DNA of 63,939 bases, filler included, from Rhabdomonas costata (GCA_019059605.1; 54 parts of 54 records of this genome joined end to end with filler, not necessarily neighbours in it); one strand, 5' to 3'; positions 45,935 through 59,594 are shown, counted from the first letter of the whole stretch. Numbers and translations: made by a program. The notes: generated by a model from the sequence alone, not told the origin.

Positions 45935-47442
45935 CTGTGCAGGAGAGAAAAGTAACATTCGAAGGGAAACTGAAACTGAACAATTGTTGTTTCACAATCG
46001 AAAGCAATCCAGCACCCAACAGTGGCCCATCAAAACAGAGACACAAAGGAGAAAACAGCGAGTTTGCCTTGTGGGAAGGTTGGTCGCAGCATCTGGCGCA
46101 AATGATGGAAAACGGGTGAACAATTCTTTGCGCCAGATGCTGCGACCAACCACCCCNNNNNNNNNNNNNNNNNNNNNNNNNNNNNNNNNNNNNNNNNNNN
46201 TTAATTAATTAANNNNNNNNNNNNNNNNNNNNNNNNNNNNNNNNNNNNNNNNNNNNTGTGGTGGGGACATGCTTTGTGGTGAACCCGGAAAGTTTTCTCG
46301 GTGTTAGACTCGAAAACACAGTTAAACATGCAGTGGTTCGAAGAGACCAGTGAGCCGAAGGTAGGATTTTTGCGGAGGCCAAGACCTCCGGCTGCGGGGA
46401 GGACAATACCTGGAGGTAATTGTATATTTCAGTTCGCGGAATTGGAAGTCAAAGGGGACTGCGGGAAGGGAGTCTGGGTCACCACGCTAATGTTGTGTTT
46501 CAGCATTTAACAAAGTTGAAAACGAAGACATGAGAGAACAGATGTCCAGAAAGTGACGGATGTTCCGACGACATGAGATAAAAATAAACCCTTCATCTGC
46601 TATAACGTGCATTGTATTTGGTTCGAAAGTTGTCGAAGTCGAGGGGGAGTTGCGAACCCGTGATCCGCTCCCCCTCCCACCGCGCCTCTCGATAAACCAT
46701 CGTTTCCCCAAAGTTTTTTTTCTCCAACCCCCTGCAATGGAAAAAGGGCAGTCACCTCCGCCGCTTCATGAAACGGGTGGGGGATAAGGTCCATTTTTGC
46801 GTTCCTCAGAACGCCCGCCTGCTGCAAAACGATCACCATTGCCACCGAAAGAGCGGGATGAGTGAGCAGGACGTCGCGGATGCTGGAAAATGATGAATTC
46901 AAAAATCAGTTCATGGTGACTGATTGCATTAATTGCATTTTTTTTTTCGCGTTTAAGCTTGTTCAGGACAACGAGATACGGCATGAAATGTCTTCCGAAC
47001 AACCTGACATTGCAGCACGACTTGCTTCACTGGGTGTCTGAGTTCGGGAGGCACTCACAGAGTGACTCATGAGTGGAAATTATCTGAAGTTTCCTCTCAC
47101 AGACAACATCAAACCCGAGGCTCACCACGCACTTCCTGGCCCCTTTACCCTTCAGATGTGAACCCTGCCACCTGATTAACGTGATGTGACGTGTGAGTTA
47201 ACGTCGAGCACCAATTCACCAAATTCACACTATCTTTTTTAAATTGAATGAAAACAGCCTCCGCCCAAGAAAAGGGTCAGGCAACCTTGGAAACTCTTTT
47301 GCTTTCAAAAAAAGAACCTCAGGTCGATCCGTCCCAAAAAACNNNNNNNNNNNNNNNNNNNNNNNNNNNNNNNNNNNNNNNNNNNNTTAATTAATTAANN
47401 NNNNNNNNNNNNNNNNNNNNNNNNNNNNNNNNNNNNNNNNNN

Positions 47443-47813
47443 TTTGCTTCTCCGTCACCGGAACTCCTCTTACCCTCCCCAAGACGAGGCTTACCCCCAA
47501 GTAAATTTTTTGTGTCGTCGCCACCCCACGCATCCGTGTGTACTTGTAATTTGCTTCTTTTTCATCAATTTTGGCCTAAAGACCATCGTTTTACCCCTAA
47601 CTTTGGCCTTTTTAGCTGGAAAGAGCCGATTTGGGCACTTTTGGGGTTGGTGTGCAAAGCACGGGTGCCCCCCCTTTCCCCCTGTAGTCAATGTTGTTTC
47701 ACAATGGGGCACCCAGCCTACCATAAAAGTCAACATTGACCCAATGGGGGAAAGGGGGGTTCGAGCTGGGGAATTGTTGACCCTAAAAAGTGCATTTTAA
47801 AATCGAGCTTTGT
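47443..47813 (-). mobile_element. Dispersed MITE-like repeat, copy C
   Basis: Reverse complement is colinear with 8697-9054; terminal motif gtgcattttaaaatcgagctttgt at 47790-47813. Confidence 0.7.
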
Positions 47814-48767
47814 CAACTATTTATGGAGGCTTTCGATCTATGACCGCGTGTCTTGCTCGGAGAAAATGAGACTGAGTCGAAGACATTTATTTTTACTTGC
47901 AACAGTAAAAAATAAAGTGAAAGCAAAAGTATCGTTACAACTTATTTTCAGAGTTTGAGTGTTGTGTAGCGGAGTTGGCGCTGAGCACATGGCAAGCATC
48001 CTTATCCAGCTTACCGTGCCGCATCTTTCCTTGATTTTACCTTCGCGGAAATGCATCTTATGCCAATCCAGTGGTGTTTTTTAAGGCACCGGGCTACCCT
48101 GGAATTATTGGTATTTTTGGGTTGTCCCGCTTTTTTTGTATTTGCTGATCCTACTGTTCTGATCTGGGCTGGTGCATGTTCCGCACTGGTCTCATCGGAA
48201 ACTAAATATTAGTGCATGGCATTTCGGCGAAAATGTAAACTTTGCTAACCCCCGTTTGTGTCTTTATAAATAGTGGGCACTGCCTTGAAATGTTTTGCTT
48301 TTCTACCCCCCTCTTGTTTGCAGATTCCTCCTCTTCCCCGTGGTTTTGACGTGTCGACTCTGTTACGGGAAGCGGAACAGGGCAGCGCAGCCGCCACAGT
48401 TGTTGTCGCCATACTGCGCGACAAAAAAGGTTTGTCTTGTGAAAAAAGGATTTTCGGCACTGGTTTCATCTTTCCTAACCTCTGATATTTTCTGTGTTGC
48501 GGCACACTTGTCCAAAAGGGCCCTGTACNNNNNNNNNNNNNNNNNNNNNNNNNNNNNNNNNNNNNNNNNNNNTTAATTAATTAANNNNNNNNNNNNNNNN
48601 NNNNNNNNNNNNNNNNNNNNNNNNNNNNGGTTGTTGGTTCATGGCTTTGCGCTGCCGCTGGGTGGGGATTTGTCTGATCGTACGCTTGTTGGGGGTCCCG
48701 GCTTTCGGCTTCTGGAAAGCGTAGCGCGAAATCGGTCCGCCCAGCACCCTTTGGGGCCTCAGCTGCT

Positions 48768-48770
<3 letters not shown>

Positions 48771-48804
<34 letters not shown>
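48771..48804. repeat. (CT)17 microsatellite
   Basis: Perfect dinucleotide run. Confidence 0.95.
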
Positions 48805-48808
<4 letters not shown>

Positions 48809-51800
48809 CCACGTCGCATTGAAACGTTCACACCAGGATGACCCATTACCAGGGGTTGGGACCCACTACCGGGCTGGTCCTTGAAAATTCTCTCTCGTGC
48901 GCGCCCGAAAAGGGTCTTCCCCGGCCCGTTTCTGATGGCTGGGGCGGGAACCCCCGGAAGCAAGAAAGGGAACAAGCCAAGGAAGCTCGCATATTTTCGC
49001 CGGTTCGGGTCGCCAAATCAAACTACTTTTAGGCAGCAGTGGGTTCGCGGCGTCATTCTGCATGTCGGTGGCGGTTTGCGGGCATTTGCTGTCACCGGCC
49101 TCCGCGGGGGGTGTTGACGAGCGAGACTTGGTTAGCAGTTCTTCTTTTTGCTCGTTTTGCGTGCGGCTTTGTCCGTAACCGCACAGTAACATTCAGCATT
49201 CTCGACATTTATGGAACCACAACCCTTCTTCCCACAATTAATTAATTATTCCTATAATTAAATGATACCCACAATTAATTAAGAATTTTTCAGCGGATGT
49301 GGCTCTCAAGGGGTTGGCTCATATGAGCGGAGGTTGGCCAAAAAGTTTCCAATTTCCCTTCCTCAATCTGCTACATATTGAGTATGGTGGTGGGCACTTT
49401 TACCAAAGAAAGAGGATGAGCCACAACTCCTGATTCACCCAATCGTTTTTTGTGGCGCTGCTGCGATGTAGATGGCCTTGTAGATGGCCCCACAATACCA
49501 TATGTGGCGGTTGCTAAGGACTGCCAGCCAATGCCCGTATTCAGTAAAAAGCGGACTTCAGAGCTCACAAGCACAAACATAAAAGCGCGTCGCAGCAGTG
49601 CCCACCAAGATACAAAGTACAGATACAAAGTGGACCGCTGCTCTCTAATGGCACGCACCGAAGTAATCTGCAAAGGCCGCTCAATTTTCTTCAGCATTTT
49701 ACAACCACAACCACNNNNNNNNNNNNNNNNNNNNNNNNNNNNNNNNNNNNNNNNNNNNTTAATTAATTAANNNNNNNNNNNNNNNNNNNNNNNNNNNNNN
49801 NNNNNNNNNNNNNNTGTTTTGTTTTGGAATAATGGCACGTGGTCAGGCCCAACTCTGTGGCGGCTACAATTGTTTCATCGCCACGCCATCCTGAAAATTG
49901 CTGTCATCAAATAATGTAACTCACCAACAAACACAGTACCAAATGTTAAAATGTGGTTATTATGATTGCTATTCGAGAATCGGCCATTTCGGAGAATAAC
50001 TGGGAGTTCGACGAATACCATACTCTCTTGTCGATGAGTTCGCCTCCGGAACCTGCTTGCCCGTGGTGAATTTTATCGACGCCGCTGAGCTGAAGCAGCC
50101 TTGAGCTTCCGTTTAAATATTTTTCTCCCACTGCTTGCCCTATATCGTTGTTTGCTGAACCATTGCCCGTCGCCTTTTTGTGCTGGAGTGACCTTTTTTG
50201 CTGGTGGCAGATGTGAAAATATGCATGTGTCTAACCGCGCCCTGTGCTACCCAGCACCGTCAATAGCTGGTTGTAGGCGACCTCGCAGATGCAAAAGCAT
50301 CACACACACAAATAATACTGGATGTGGCAATGAGGGCACGTGTGTTTATGTGTGTTTCGTCTCTCTCGTTAAACATCTGAGAGAGGAGGAAGTCTCTCGG
50401 CGTAAGGAATTTCGCCGGCTTCGTTTCTTCTGATTCCCTGCACTTTTGTGCCATGGACTTATCCGTACCCTCGCTACTTACGTTTGCGTTGCTGCACTAT
50501 TCACGCCTCGAGTAGCGTTGAAACCACCTTTTGCAATTTGTGAGCAGAGCTAACCGCCGTAAACAAAGGGGAAACGGCAGCAATAGCAATTTTTTCGGGA
50601 TATGGCAACACATCTATTTCATCATTTTCCTACGTTTGTTCCAATATCTGCATCCACTGTCGTTTATGCTTAGCTTTTTTGCCAGTTTCTTTCTCATTCT
50701 CTTTCACTCTCAGCTTCCATCTTGGAGCCGGGCGACCGCTACCCACCCATCCATACCACGTACACCCGCATTTACATAGGAAATGGCACTCAGTGCAGCA
50801 CTCAGTGCACCGGATCAGGCGCAGTTGAATTTCAGACCCCGCCCCAGGTGTGCACGCGCCCATCTGTGTATCTTTTGGTGGCGTGTGGAGCCACAACACA
50901 NNNNNNNNNNNNNNNNNNNNNNNNNNNNNNNNNNNNNNNNNNNNTTAATTAATTAANNNNNNNNNNNNNNNNNNNNNNNNNNNNNNNNNNNNNNNNNNNN
51001 GTGCCAGAGACTTCAACGGCAAAAAGAGCAATGCGAGAGAGCCAGAAGTATACAAAGGTACAAAGGTACAAAGGGTACCGGCATGGAGATTACGAGCGAA
51101 GCAAAATAGTTTTTTGTTTGAAAAAACGAACCAAACGAAATTCGCTCTCTCCTGACATAGAAATGGTCACGATGCGCCTTGATGGCCTTTGGTAGACACT
51201 ATTTTTTTTTGGGGGGGGATTGGCAGTGTCACAATATATGAGGGTGTTTTAGGAATCCGAATTGGCCTTTTCCCAAAGATCACCGAATGCTCTTTGAAAG
51301 ACTGTGTGGTTCAAAGAACTTCAAGGTTCAAAATTGTTCCGCGGAAATGATGGTCTTTTCACTCGCGTTCATTCTTTGTGGTGTCTTTTTTCTGGAAGAT
51401 AGGACTTCTCTGATGCCAGATGACTTTTTTGATTCCTTCTCGCAGGCCTTCAATTTCTCTTGGATCGGCATATTCCTTTTGCTGGTCAGGCTGAAGGGTT
51501 TGTTTTCTCTCCACTTCCTGGATGCCTTGCCTGCATACCGTTTTCTGGGTGGCCTGCGCCGTTTTCTTCTTTGCCCCCTTGTTTGCGGTGACCTTATACA
51601 GCCTGTGGTTCAGGGAGCACGTCGTCCTGTATGCCCCGCTGCGCCTTATACCATCCCCACCACTCAGCCCCAGGAGAGATACGTCATCCGATGGCCTTCC
51701 CTCATCCCATCTGACTCCTTCTGAATACAAAAACAACCACTGCAAAAACGATGAGAGCATGATCCGTTCCGAAAATGAAAAGCCACCACTAGTCTTCACA

Positions 51801-52188
51801 AGTAATGAGTCTGCAGTCAAAAGTTAATAATCAATGAAGTCAACCATGTGCACAAGAAGATCACGAAAAAGAAAGAGAATGCACAAGCTAGTCCGCCGTG
51901 AAAGGCGCAAAACCCGTCTCACAATGAAAGCAGGCTTGCATTTGCATCTCGAAAATCACGGGTGAAGGCAAGTGCATTAAACCACAGAGGCGCAAAGTAC
52001 CTGGCCGTCAGCACGGTTACATCGTTGAAATTGGAGGGCAGGCTCTTCGGCGCGCACCGGGCCCCGGAAGCCACCACAACACCACANNNNNNNNNNNNNN
52101 NNNNNNNNNNNNNNNNNNNNNNNNNNNNNNTTAATTAATTAANNNNNNNNNNNNNNNNNNNNNNNNNNNNNNNNNNNNNNNNNNNNGG

Positions 52189-53272
52189 TGTGGTGTTGCG
52201 TCTCTGTTCCGTGTCTTAAACTACCTCTCTTCCGATGGAACGGCTCTTCTTCCGAAACTCTGGCGTGTTGCAGACGTCTCCACTCGCCTGCTTCCACCTC
52301 GCAACTCTCAAATTAACCTCAACGAGCTTGAAGCCGTTTTCCTGCAGGCGGTGTTTGCCCAAACTTTCCTTAGTGATAATGAAGAGTTAGGTGGCCTCGC
52401 AGCACTTCCCTGTGCAGCACTTTTTGAGCAACAGGGGGCGTCCTCATTTCCCTTTTTCCTTGCCGCGCTATGTTACGACTCCACCCTGTTCGCCGGCCTC
52501 GCTGCTTCCTCTCCAAAATATTCAACCGTATGCTGTGACAACTGGATTTCTTCTTCTGCCTGGGAAGCGATTGATTGCATCGAGGAGCGGTCGGGTGAAC
52601 TCCGTGGCCTACGCGACTCTATTCTTGCCAAGGAAGGGCTGTGGAAATCGTGGGCTCAGGCCGCAAACTTGGCTGCGAAATTGCCTCCTCCATTTGAAAA
52701 GGTGTGCACCAGGGTTGACCGTATGCTTCTTGCTTGCCTGCTCGCACCTCTGCAGTTGCCCGCTGTTGCCCAGAACTATGTGCGGGCAGTGTTCAGGGAA
52801 AAGCTTGGTAAGTCCTTCTTTCTGTCTGAAGATACCTCCGAACTGTGGAAATGGGTGGTATGTCAAGTGAGCTTCAGGTGCCCAGCTGTTTTCGTCTTGC
52901 CGTATCCTGATGCGCAGCTCGATGAAGAGCTTACAACTCAGCTTACCGCTGCGTTAAGGAACAAGGGCTTGGTTGTGATTAAACTTTGCTCCACTACTGA
53001 CTTTTTGGAGGCAGCATCCGATGCTCTTACTAATGTCGCAGCAAACGGAGGGTGGCTCTTGATAAGGTGTGGGCAGCACCACTGTCACTCTTTGATGGAG
53101 AAGGTTGCCGCTGCGTTTGAGACATGTCCCCACCAAGACTGTCGGGTACTCCTATCACTTTGGTATGAGGAGCAGGTGAGCCATCACCTCAGAGAGTCAG
53201 CTGTCATGCTGCGCTTGCCGCCACTTTTGGGACTCAAGGATCATTTGATGTCGATCTTCAAAACAACCAACA
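52189..53272 (+). CDS. Divergent dynein heavy chain-like protein, AAA6 region (whole contig is one open frame)
   Basis: Stop-free frame of about 360 codons; DRMLLACLLAP...NYV...KLGKSF, PAVFVL, AANGGWLLI, PHQDCRVLLS, PPLLGLKDHL follow the dynein AAA6 motif order. Confidence 0.75.
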
Positions 53273-56200
53273 NNNNNNNNNNNNNNNNNNNNNNNNNNNN
53301 NNNNNNNNNNNNNNNNTTAATTAATTAANNNNNNNNNNNNNNNNNNNNNNNNNNNNNNNNNNNNNNNNNNNNTGTGTTGGGTGTTTAGGGAAGATGTGAA
53401 GTGGAACAAACGGTGTGGTGATCGACAATTGGGCAAAGGAGCTTACAAAGCTTAATTGTGCTAAAACTGGTGTGAGCAGTGTTAAAATTTGCCAGAGGGC
53501 GCTAAAGGGTGATATAATGAGCTACTCAGCCTCAAGAGACTGCACTGCAGCAAGGCTAGTAAAAGTACAACCTGCAAAATTTGCTTTTTTTTTTTTTGCA
53601 TTTTACCCGACCGGAATTTTTGGCTTGGAATGCAATTTTCTTTTGCATATTTTTTTTTGCATCGCATTTACTATTGCATTTTTTTCCCAGCCATGATCGC
53701 AGTGGCCAATGAGGAAAGTCCGTGTGCAACTGTGCAGGGCAGGGGAGGCAAAGGCGCAAGTGCATTTTTCCTTGGTCGAGTAGTACATGACTGCATTGCT
53801 TTGCACCGCTGACTTCTTTTCAGGTTGGGACGCTCCTCTTGCTGGGCTGATCCCTCAGTTTGCTCACTTTCTGCAATGGGTTGACGAACCACAGGATGAA
53901 GAGGTAGTCCGATTCGGGAGGCTTCGTTTCCGCTAGCAAACAAAGCAAGAATGATGGGTGGCAAGGCAACTTTGGTAACGTTTTGACTCTTCGCCCGAAG
54001 AGAATAACATTGAGCTTTAAGCTGGGTGCCGCTGAATTGAAATGACCTTTGGACCACATTGAACTTTGACGTTTGAGGACGTTGTGGTTGGAAGCCTTGA
54101 ACTTATGTTCGTCAAGGGCCTGAGGGTCATACCTCTTCAATCTCGCCCCCCCCCCCGCGATATTCTTTGCTGCAGCAGGGAGGAAATCTTTCGGGATCTT
54201 GATTGATGACATTGATGACATTTTGTCCACGCTGTGGTCTTTTGGGATCTTGATGAGGAATTTTTATTGAGACAATTCTCTTCGGAAACTTCTCTTTGCT
54301 CCCGAAAGAAATTGGTGGGTGAATGGCTGGGCGATTAGCAGGTTTTCCTGCTCCGAATTTGCAGTTCGTGTCGGGTCATCAATTGGGCATCTGTCGAAAC
54401 GCCCAAATCATGTAGACGGCGCTCGAAGGCGTTTCGAAAGATGCCATTCCCCCAAAACNNNNNNNNNNNNNNNNNNNNNNNNNNNNNNNNNNNNNNNNNN
54501 NNTTAATTAATTAANNNNNNNNNNNNNNNNNNNNNNNNNNNNNNNNNNNNNNNNNNNNGTGTTGGTGGCTATATTCACACTGCGGCATTCAGGTAAAAGA
54601 TGCCGCCAGCGGTTCCCATATACTCGGTTCACATCTCCGGCATTACGGTGAATATAGCCACCAACCCTTTTCCCGAAAAAAAAACACAGGGGCAAAGTCA
54701 AAGTCAAAGCCAAAGAGACCACACCCAAGACTGGGAACACCGGGCTCAATCACAGCGGACATGGCTGCAATTTTTGGCTTTGAACGTGAGAATGGAACAA
54801 GAGAGAAGTGGCTGCGGATGAAAAGCCACGCATACGTACGCCTTGCACCCCGGTGAATGTATAGGGGTGGAGAAGGAGCCCTTGCTCATCCTTAGAGCTG
54901 CATCCAAGATCTATCATGGTGGAAGGCTTTCTTCGGAGAAACTCTGAAAAAAGAAGACTTTGCTGGGAGATGCAAAAGTCCCGTGGGACTTTGCCCACCG
55001 TGTCTTGGATCTCATGTCTTATGTCCTGGCGGGACTTTTGCCGCGCGTAGCGGTCTCTCCTTCCTTGTTGCGATCACCAAAAGTATAATTTCAGTTCATT
55101 AGTCGTTACGTGCTTGGGTTGTTTTTTTGTTACGTGAGGATAAAAAATATGATAAAAAATATGATTACCACCGCATCCTCCCCAAATAGCATTGCACCTC
55201 GGAAACCATTACGGTGTAAGGTCACTATAAAACTGTTGGTTACCTCCCATTCCCCTCGTCGTCTTTTGCCATGTCCCCAACTCCATCTTGGCAAGGCTCA
55301 CAGTATTTAAGTGTAACGCCCTTAAGAAGGATTCGCGTTTCTGCTGTTGCGCACGTGCCTTTTCTTTGTACTCCTGCGTCAGCGTTTCAGTCTCTCAAAA
55401 GAAATTAACTTATCAGGAAACCCTTATTTCGCTCCGGAACATGAAGACATATGCTTAAAGGGAGATAGAGTCGGCTCCTTCGACATGGCATGGCGACAGA
55501 TGAAGCCTGCCAGCCCTTCGTCGGTCCGTTCGTCCGAAGGGACTTTGGGCGTTGGCCATGCCGCAGCACGTAGCGTTGCACTCTGGCCCCCACTTCAGTT
55601 CTGGCCCAGAAAGCATCGTTGGGTTAGGTTCAGTCCCCAATCACNNNNNNNNNNNNNNNNNNNNNNNNNNNNNNNNNNNNNNNNNNNNTTAATTAATTAA
55701 NNNNNNNNNNNNNNNNNNNNNNNNNNNNNNNNNNNNNNNNNNNNAGGTGGGGGGTGGGGGGTCGTGCAACTCAAAAGGTGTGAAGGAGTGCGAATTCTGT
55801 CACTTTGTTTGGTTTACAGCGTATTTTTGAAGCATGGAGACCCAGTTTGTGCATAGTTGCATCGTTCGTTTCCTCAAAACACTGCCTGTTTTTGATTGCA
55901 TTGCCACGTCTTCTACTAAACCGTTGATGCTAACTTTTGCGCCGTAGAACGGGAAAAAAGCATCCACGGCAACCACTTAAGCACATGATGTGATTCAGCC
56001 ACAGTCTATTCACCTGAACACCTCATTGACTCCATCGTATGTCTGGCCTCTCTTCCACGAGACGGAAAAGTAGTGCCGGAAAATGAAAAACCACAAACGA
56101 ATCAGAGCCTTCTAACTTCAAGCAGCCGCGCAGAGAGCTCGCAGGGTGCGATCAAGCCACTGAAATGCAGAGCGTCGGAACCCAAAACCAAGAAAACAGG

Positions 56201-56289
56201 AATGCTGACCAACCAGGAATCCCATTCACATTCTTGATTATTTTGCATGAAAAATCGTGAAAATTCTTAAGTGGGGATCCATGACCAAC

Positions 56290-56387
56290 CTTGAGGACTT
56301 CCAGGGCCTCCCCCACCTTCCCGTTCAGCATTTCGGGAGAGTTAAGGAGGTTCAGAATCTCCAAGTTGTCCATCTCAAGCAACATTC
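56290..56387 (-). CDS. PABP: MLLE/PABC domain exon, probably poly(A)-binding protein
   Basis: ttacacag| GMLLEMDNLEILNLLNSPEMLNGKVGEALEVLK |gttggt. Confidence 0.9.
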
Positions 56388-59300
56388 CTGTGTAACGTGT
56401 AAACGCAAGGGACAGGTGCTGTGCGCCGTAAATGCCCACAATCCCATCCACACAATTGAATGTAGTCAAACGATCTCCAGCAAACCGAAGGGACTCACAC
56501 AAATGCAAGTGCCATTCAGTACACCAGTCCCTTGCCTTGCGTTCCAGTATGCCAGAGTGCAGTGATGTGCGAATCCCGGAGGGAAGGTTTGGGCACTGCT
56601 GCTACGGGGCGTGCACCAAGGGAAGCAAAGAAGCAATGCAAGCCAAAGAATTCCGCAGTCCCCCGGTTTAACTCAGGGGCTCAATGGAAGAAACAGTTCC
56701 AGGGAACACATGCGTAGCCTCTTAATCCCCTGCAAAAGCCTCTATTGCAACCCCATGTGATCCGTGCATCACCTCCTAACTTCCTGCACACTCAGGTAAG
56801 GGACCAAAACCCCCAAACACACCGAACACNNNNNNNNNNNNNNNNNNNNNNNNNNNNNNNNNNNNNNNNNNNNTTAATTAATTAANNNNNNNNNNNNNNN
56901 NNNNNNNNNNNNNNNNNNNNNNNNNNNNNTTTTGCAGAATTGTTCCCATGTTTGATGCGAACACCCACGCCTCCGCGCGCTATAAGCCCAAGACTCTCGC
57001 ATCACCCAAGCTCCAACAAGCTTGTACACGTCTCCGCACAGGAGAATGTATTTTACACGGAAACACAGACACGATGAAAAGTGACCCATGAGGAGGGGTC
57101 AAGGTGGAGGGCATCACTATCTCACATGGGGCAGAACGCTATACTCAAACTAACCTATTCACAGAGGTGGTAGGTAGGTATGGTTCAGGTGTGTTGGGAT
57201 TGGGAGGCGAGGAAAGGACGGCCGGAGCAAGGGTTCTCCAGACGGTCTTCTTTTTCCGCACCAGAGATCAGCCACAACTTTGCCTAACCAGCAAGCGAAT
57301 GAGGGACGGGAACGACAAGGGGAAGGGTGGGGGTACGGTCGCAGGTGAAAACCTGGCAAGGGCTCAAGGAAACGCAGAAGGTCACAAAGACAGGTGAGAA
57401 ATCACGGTCTTCGGGAGTTTCTCTTCGACGAGAGAAAGGGCAACAGAAAAGGGTGCTGATGTGAATGCGGGGACTGAACAGGAGGCAGTGAATGAAGGTC
57501 GGGCTGGTGTTTGAAAAATAAGTCATTTCGGGGGGGGGGTGACGAACCCACAGCCAATAATCCTAACTGAAAGAGCACCACAAACCAACTTACCTCCAAG
57601 TGCGACGTTGAGGTGAATTCAAGTCAACAGTCTCGAGGAACAATAATAATCCCGATCGTATCCCGACAATCTCCCATCTTAAAAACCAATCATCAGATGG
57701 ACGCGGATAGGTCATTTAACCACGCCTTCCATCTCGCAGAACTCTCGCGAGATAAACCCAAGCCCGTGCAAAAAGGGATAGCGATCATGTTTTTTAATTC
57801 AGGGCAGCCAGGCAAAAACGTCGTTAAGGGTGCAAAATACTTCGAATACCCCGGAACGCGGCATGGGGAAGGGAATATCTGTCACACTGGCCCGCACCGG
57901 CATTCAACATCCTTTTCCAGACTCACTGAGAGAGATACAGAAGCTGAAAGAAGCTGGGAGTAGGTACACATTCTGAGCTCATTCATACACGACCTTGTCC
58001 CATACAAAACCCCNNNNNNNNNNNNNNNNNNNNNNNNNNNNNNNNNNNNNNNNNNNNTTAATTAATTAANNNNNNNNNNNNNNNNNNNNNNNNNNNNNNN
58101 NNNNNNNNNNNNNGGTGTGGGGGTGGGGTAATCATCACGTTGGAGCAGGGCCAGCGTGTTTAGACCGTTAGACCGTGAATTTGGGGACATGATACTTGGG
58201 GATGGGTGCCCGTTCAATGGAGTATTATGGTCAGTGACCTATAATATCAATATACAAAAACACATTATACTGGTATTGTGGTTGTTATGATATTATAGGT
58301 TAATGGCTATAATACCCAATCATACGGGATCGGTATGCAATGCAGAACACAACGGCTTTATCCGCCCCCGTTCACCGAGGTGGACTGCAAAATGCATATG
58401 AAGACAAAGCTTCGAAAGGCAAGCGGCACGAGAACGCAAGATAAGGCCTAAAGTGAGAAAGAGACTCTATCCTCCCTGCACCTTCATTGGGACAAGACCC
58501 GTTCCCCGCACTGCCCCCGGTGTGAATGTGTACAAGGGCAGATGCCGCGTCCTTCCCCGAAAAAAGAAATCCGAACACCCGCGTGTGATGGGACCCGGAG
58601 GGAACTGCGCCTGTCCGGATGCACGTGAATGCGTCGACGTCCGAACACACTCTGTGACATACTCAACAGCTTTATCCGCTCCCGTTCACCGATGGATGGA
58701 GGAAGGCGCACGTGAAGAGCGAAATAAAGCCTTTAGGGCCTGCAAGAACCTCCTCTGTCCCGCAGAGCCCCCAAATGTGACGAGACTCGTCCTCCGTATC
58801 GCCCATTTTCATATGAAATGCTCCCTCAACAAGCTGGCGGATGGAGCAACCTTACCCGCAGGCCGAGCAAAAACCACATACACGGAGGTCCCAACAGCCT
58901 CGACAAGCGAGGCATCAAAGCTAGAGGGTGGTAAGCGCAAGGTGGAGGGTGAAAACAACCGCTTTCACCAGAAGCAGCGAAAGAATCCCGTTTATGCAGA
59001 CGGGTTCGCCTCGAAGCGCGAAGTCACACGCATGAGACTGGTGTCTGGAGCGTGGCGAGAAAGGTACGAAGGCGGGGCGAGCATGCATGTGCGGTGTGGT
59101 TGATATCACATACATACAACATCCTTACCATCAATCCAACATAAAATTTCCAAAATCCAAGACAGATCCAACACATACTAACCCCTTACCATCATCCAAN
59201 NNNNNNNNNNNNNNNNNNNNNNNNNNNNNNNNNNNNNNNNNNNTTAATTAATTAANNNNNNNNNNNNNNNNNNNNNNNNNNNNNNNNNNNNNNNNNNNNG

Positions 59301-59439
59301 GTGTGGGGGGTTCTGACATGGGAGTTCGGGGAAGGGCCAGAAGAATCGATGATAAAGCTCTCTTCGGCTCGTAGAAGCAGTGCGGTGAGCAGGTGCAGTC
59401 TCTGGTCTCCCTCGTTCCCTAAGGGTCGAAAAGCGATAC

Positions 59440-59594
59440 CCAGAACTCTTGAAAGCGACGGCGGAGGTCCTCGTCCGCGGCATGCTCGGCCTTCCCGGGG
59501 TCATGGGCCCGGACCACGGAGCTGGCCGAGAGCACCAGCTCCAGCTCACACCGCCGGCCCTGGCGTAGAGGCTGCCACCATCGATATACCTCAC
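59440..59594 (-). CDS. MCM9: MCM9 helicase exon (end of OB fold plus linker)
   Basis: tggcag| GEVYRWWQPLRQGRRCELELVLSASSV...DEDLRRRFQEFW |gtatcg; resembles MCM9 GxVxxRWxPxxxxxRCxxExxL...FxxFW. Confidence 0.75.

Noticed and set aside
53820-54230. Tyrosine-recombinase-like ORF (also LFFLCRTE near 4210-4235, minus strand)
   Set aside because: Only vague resemblance; no HxxR or catalytic Tyr motif visible
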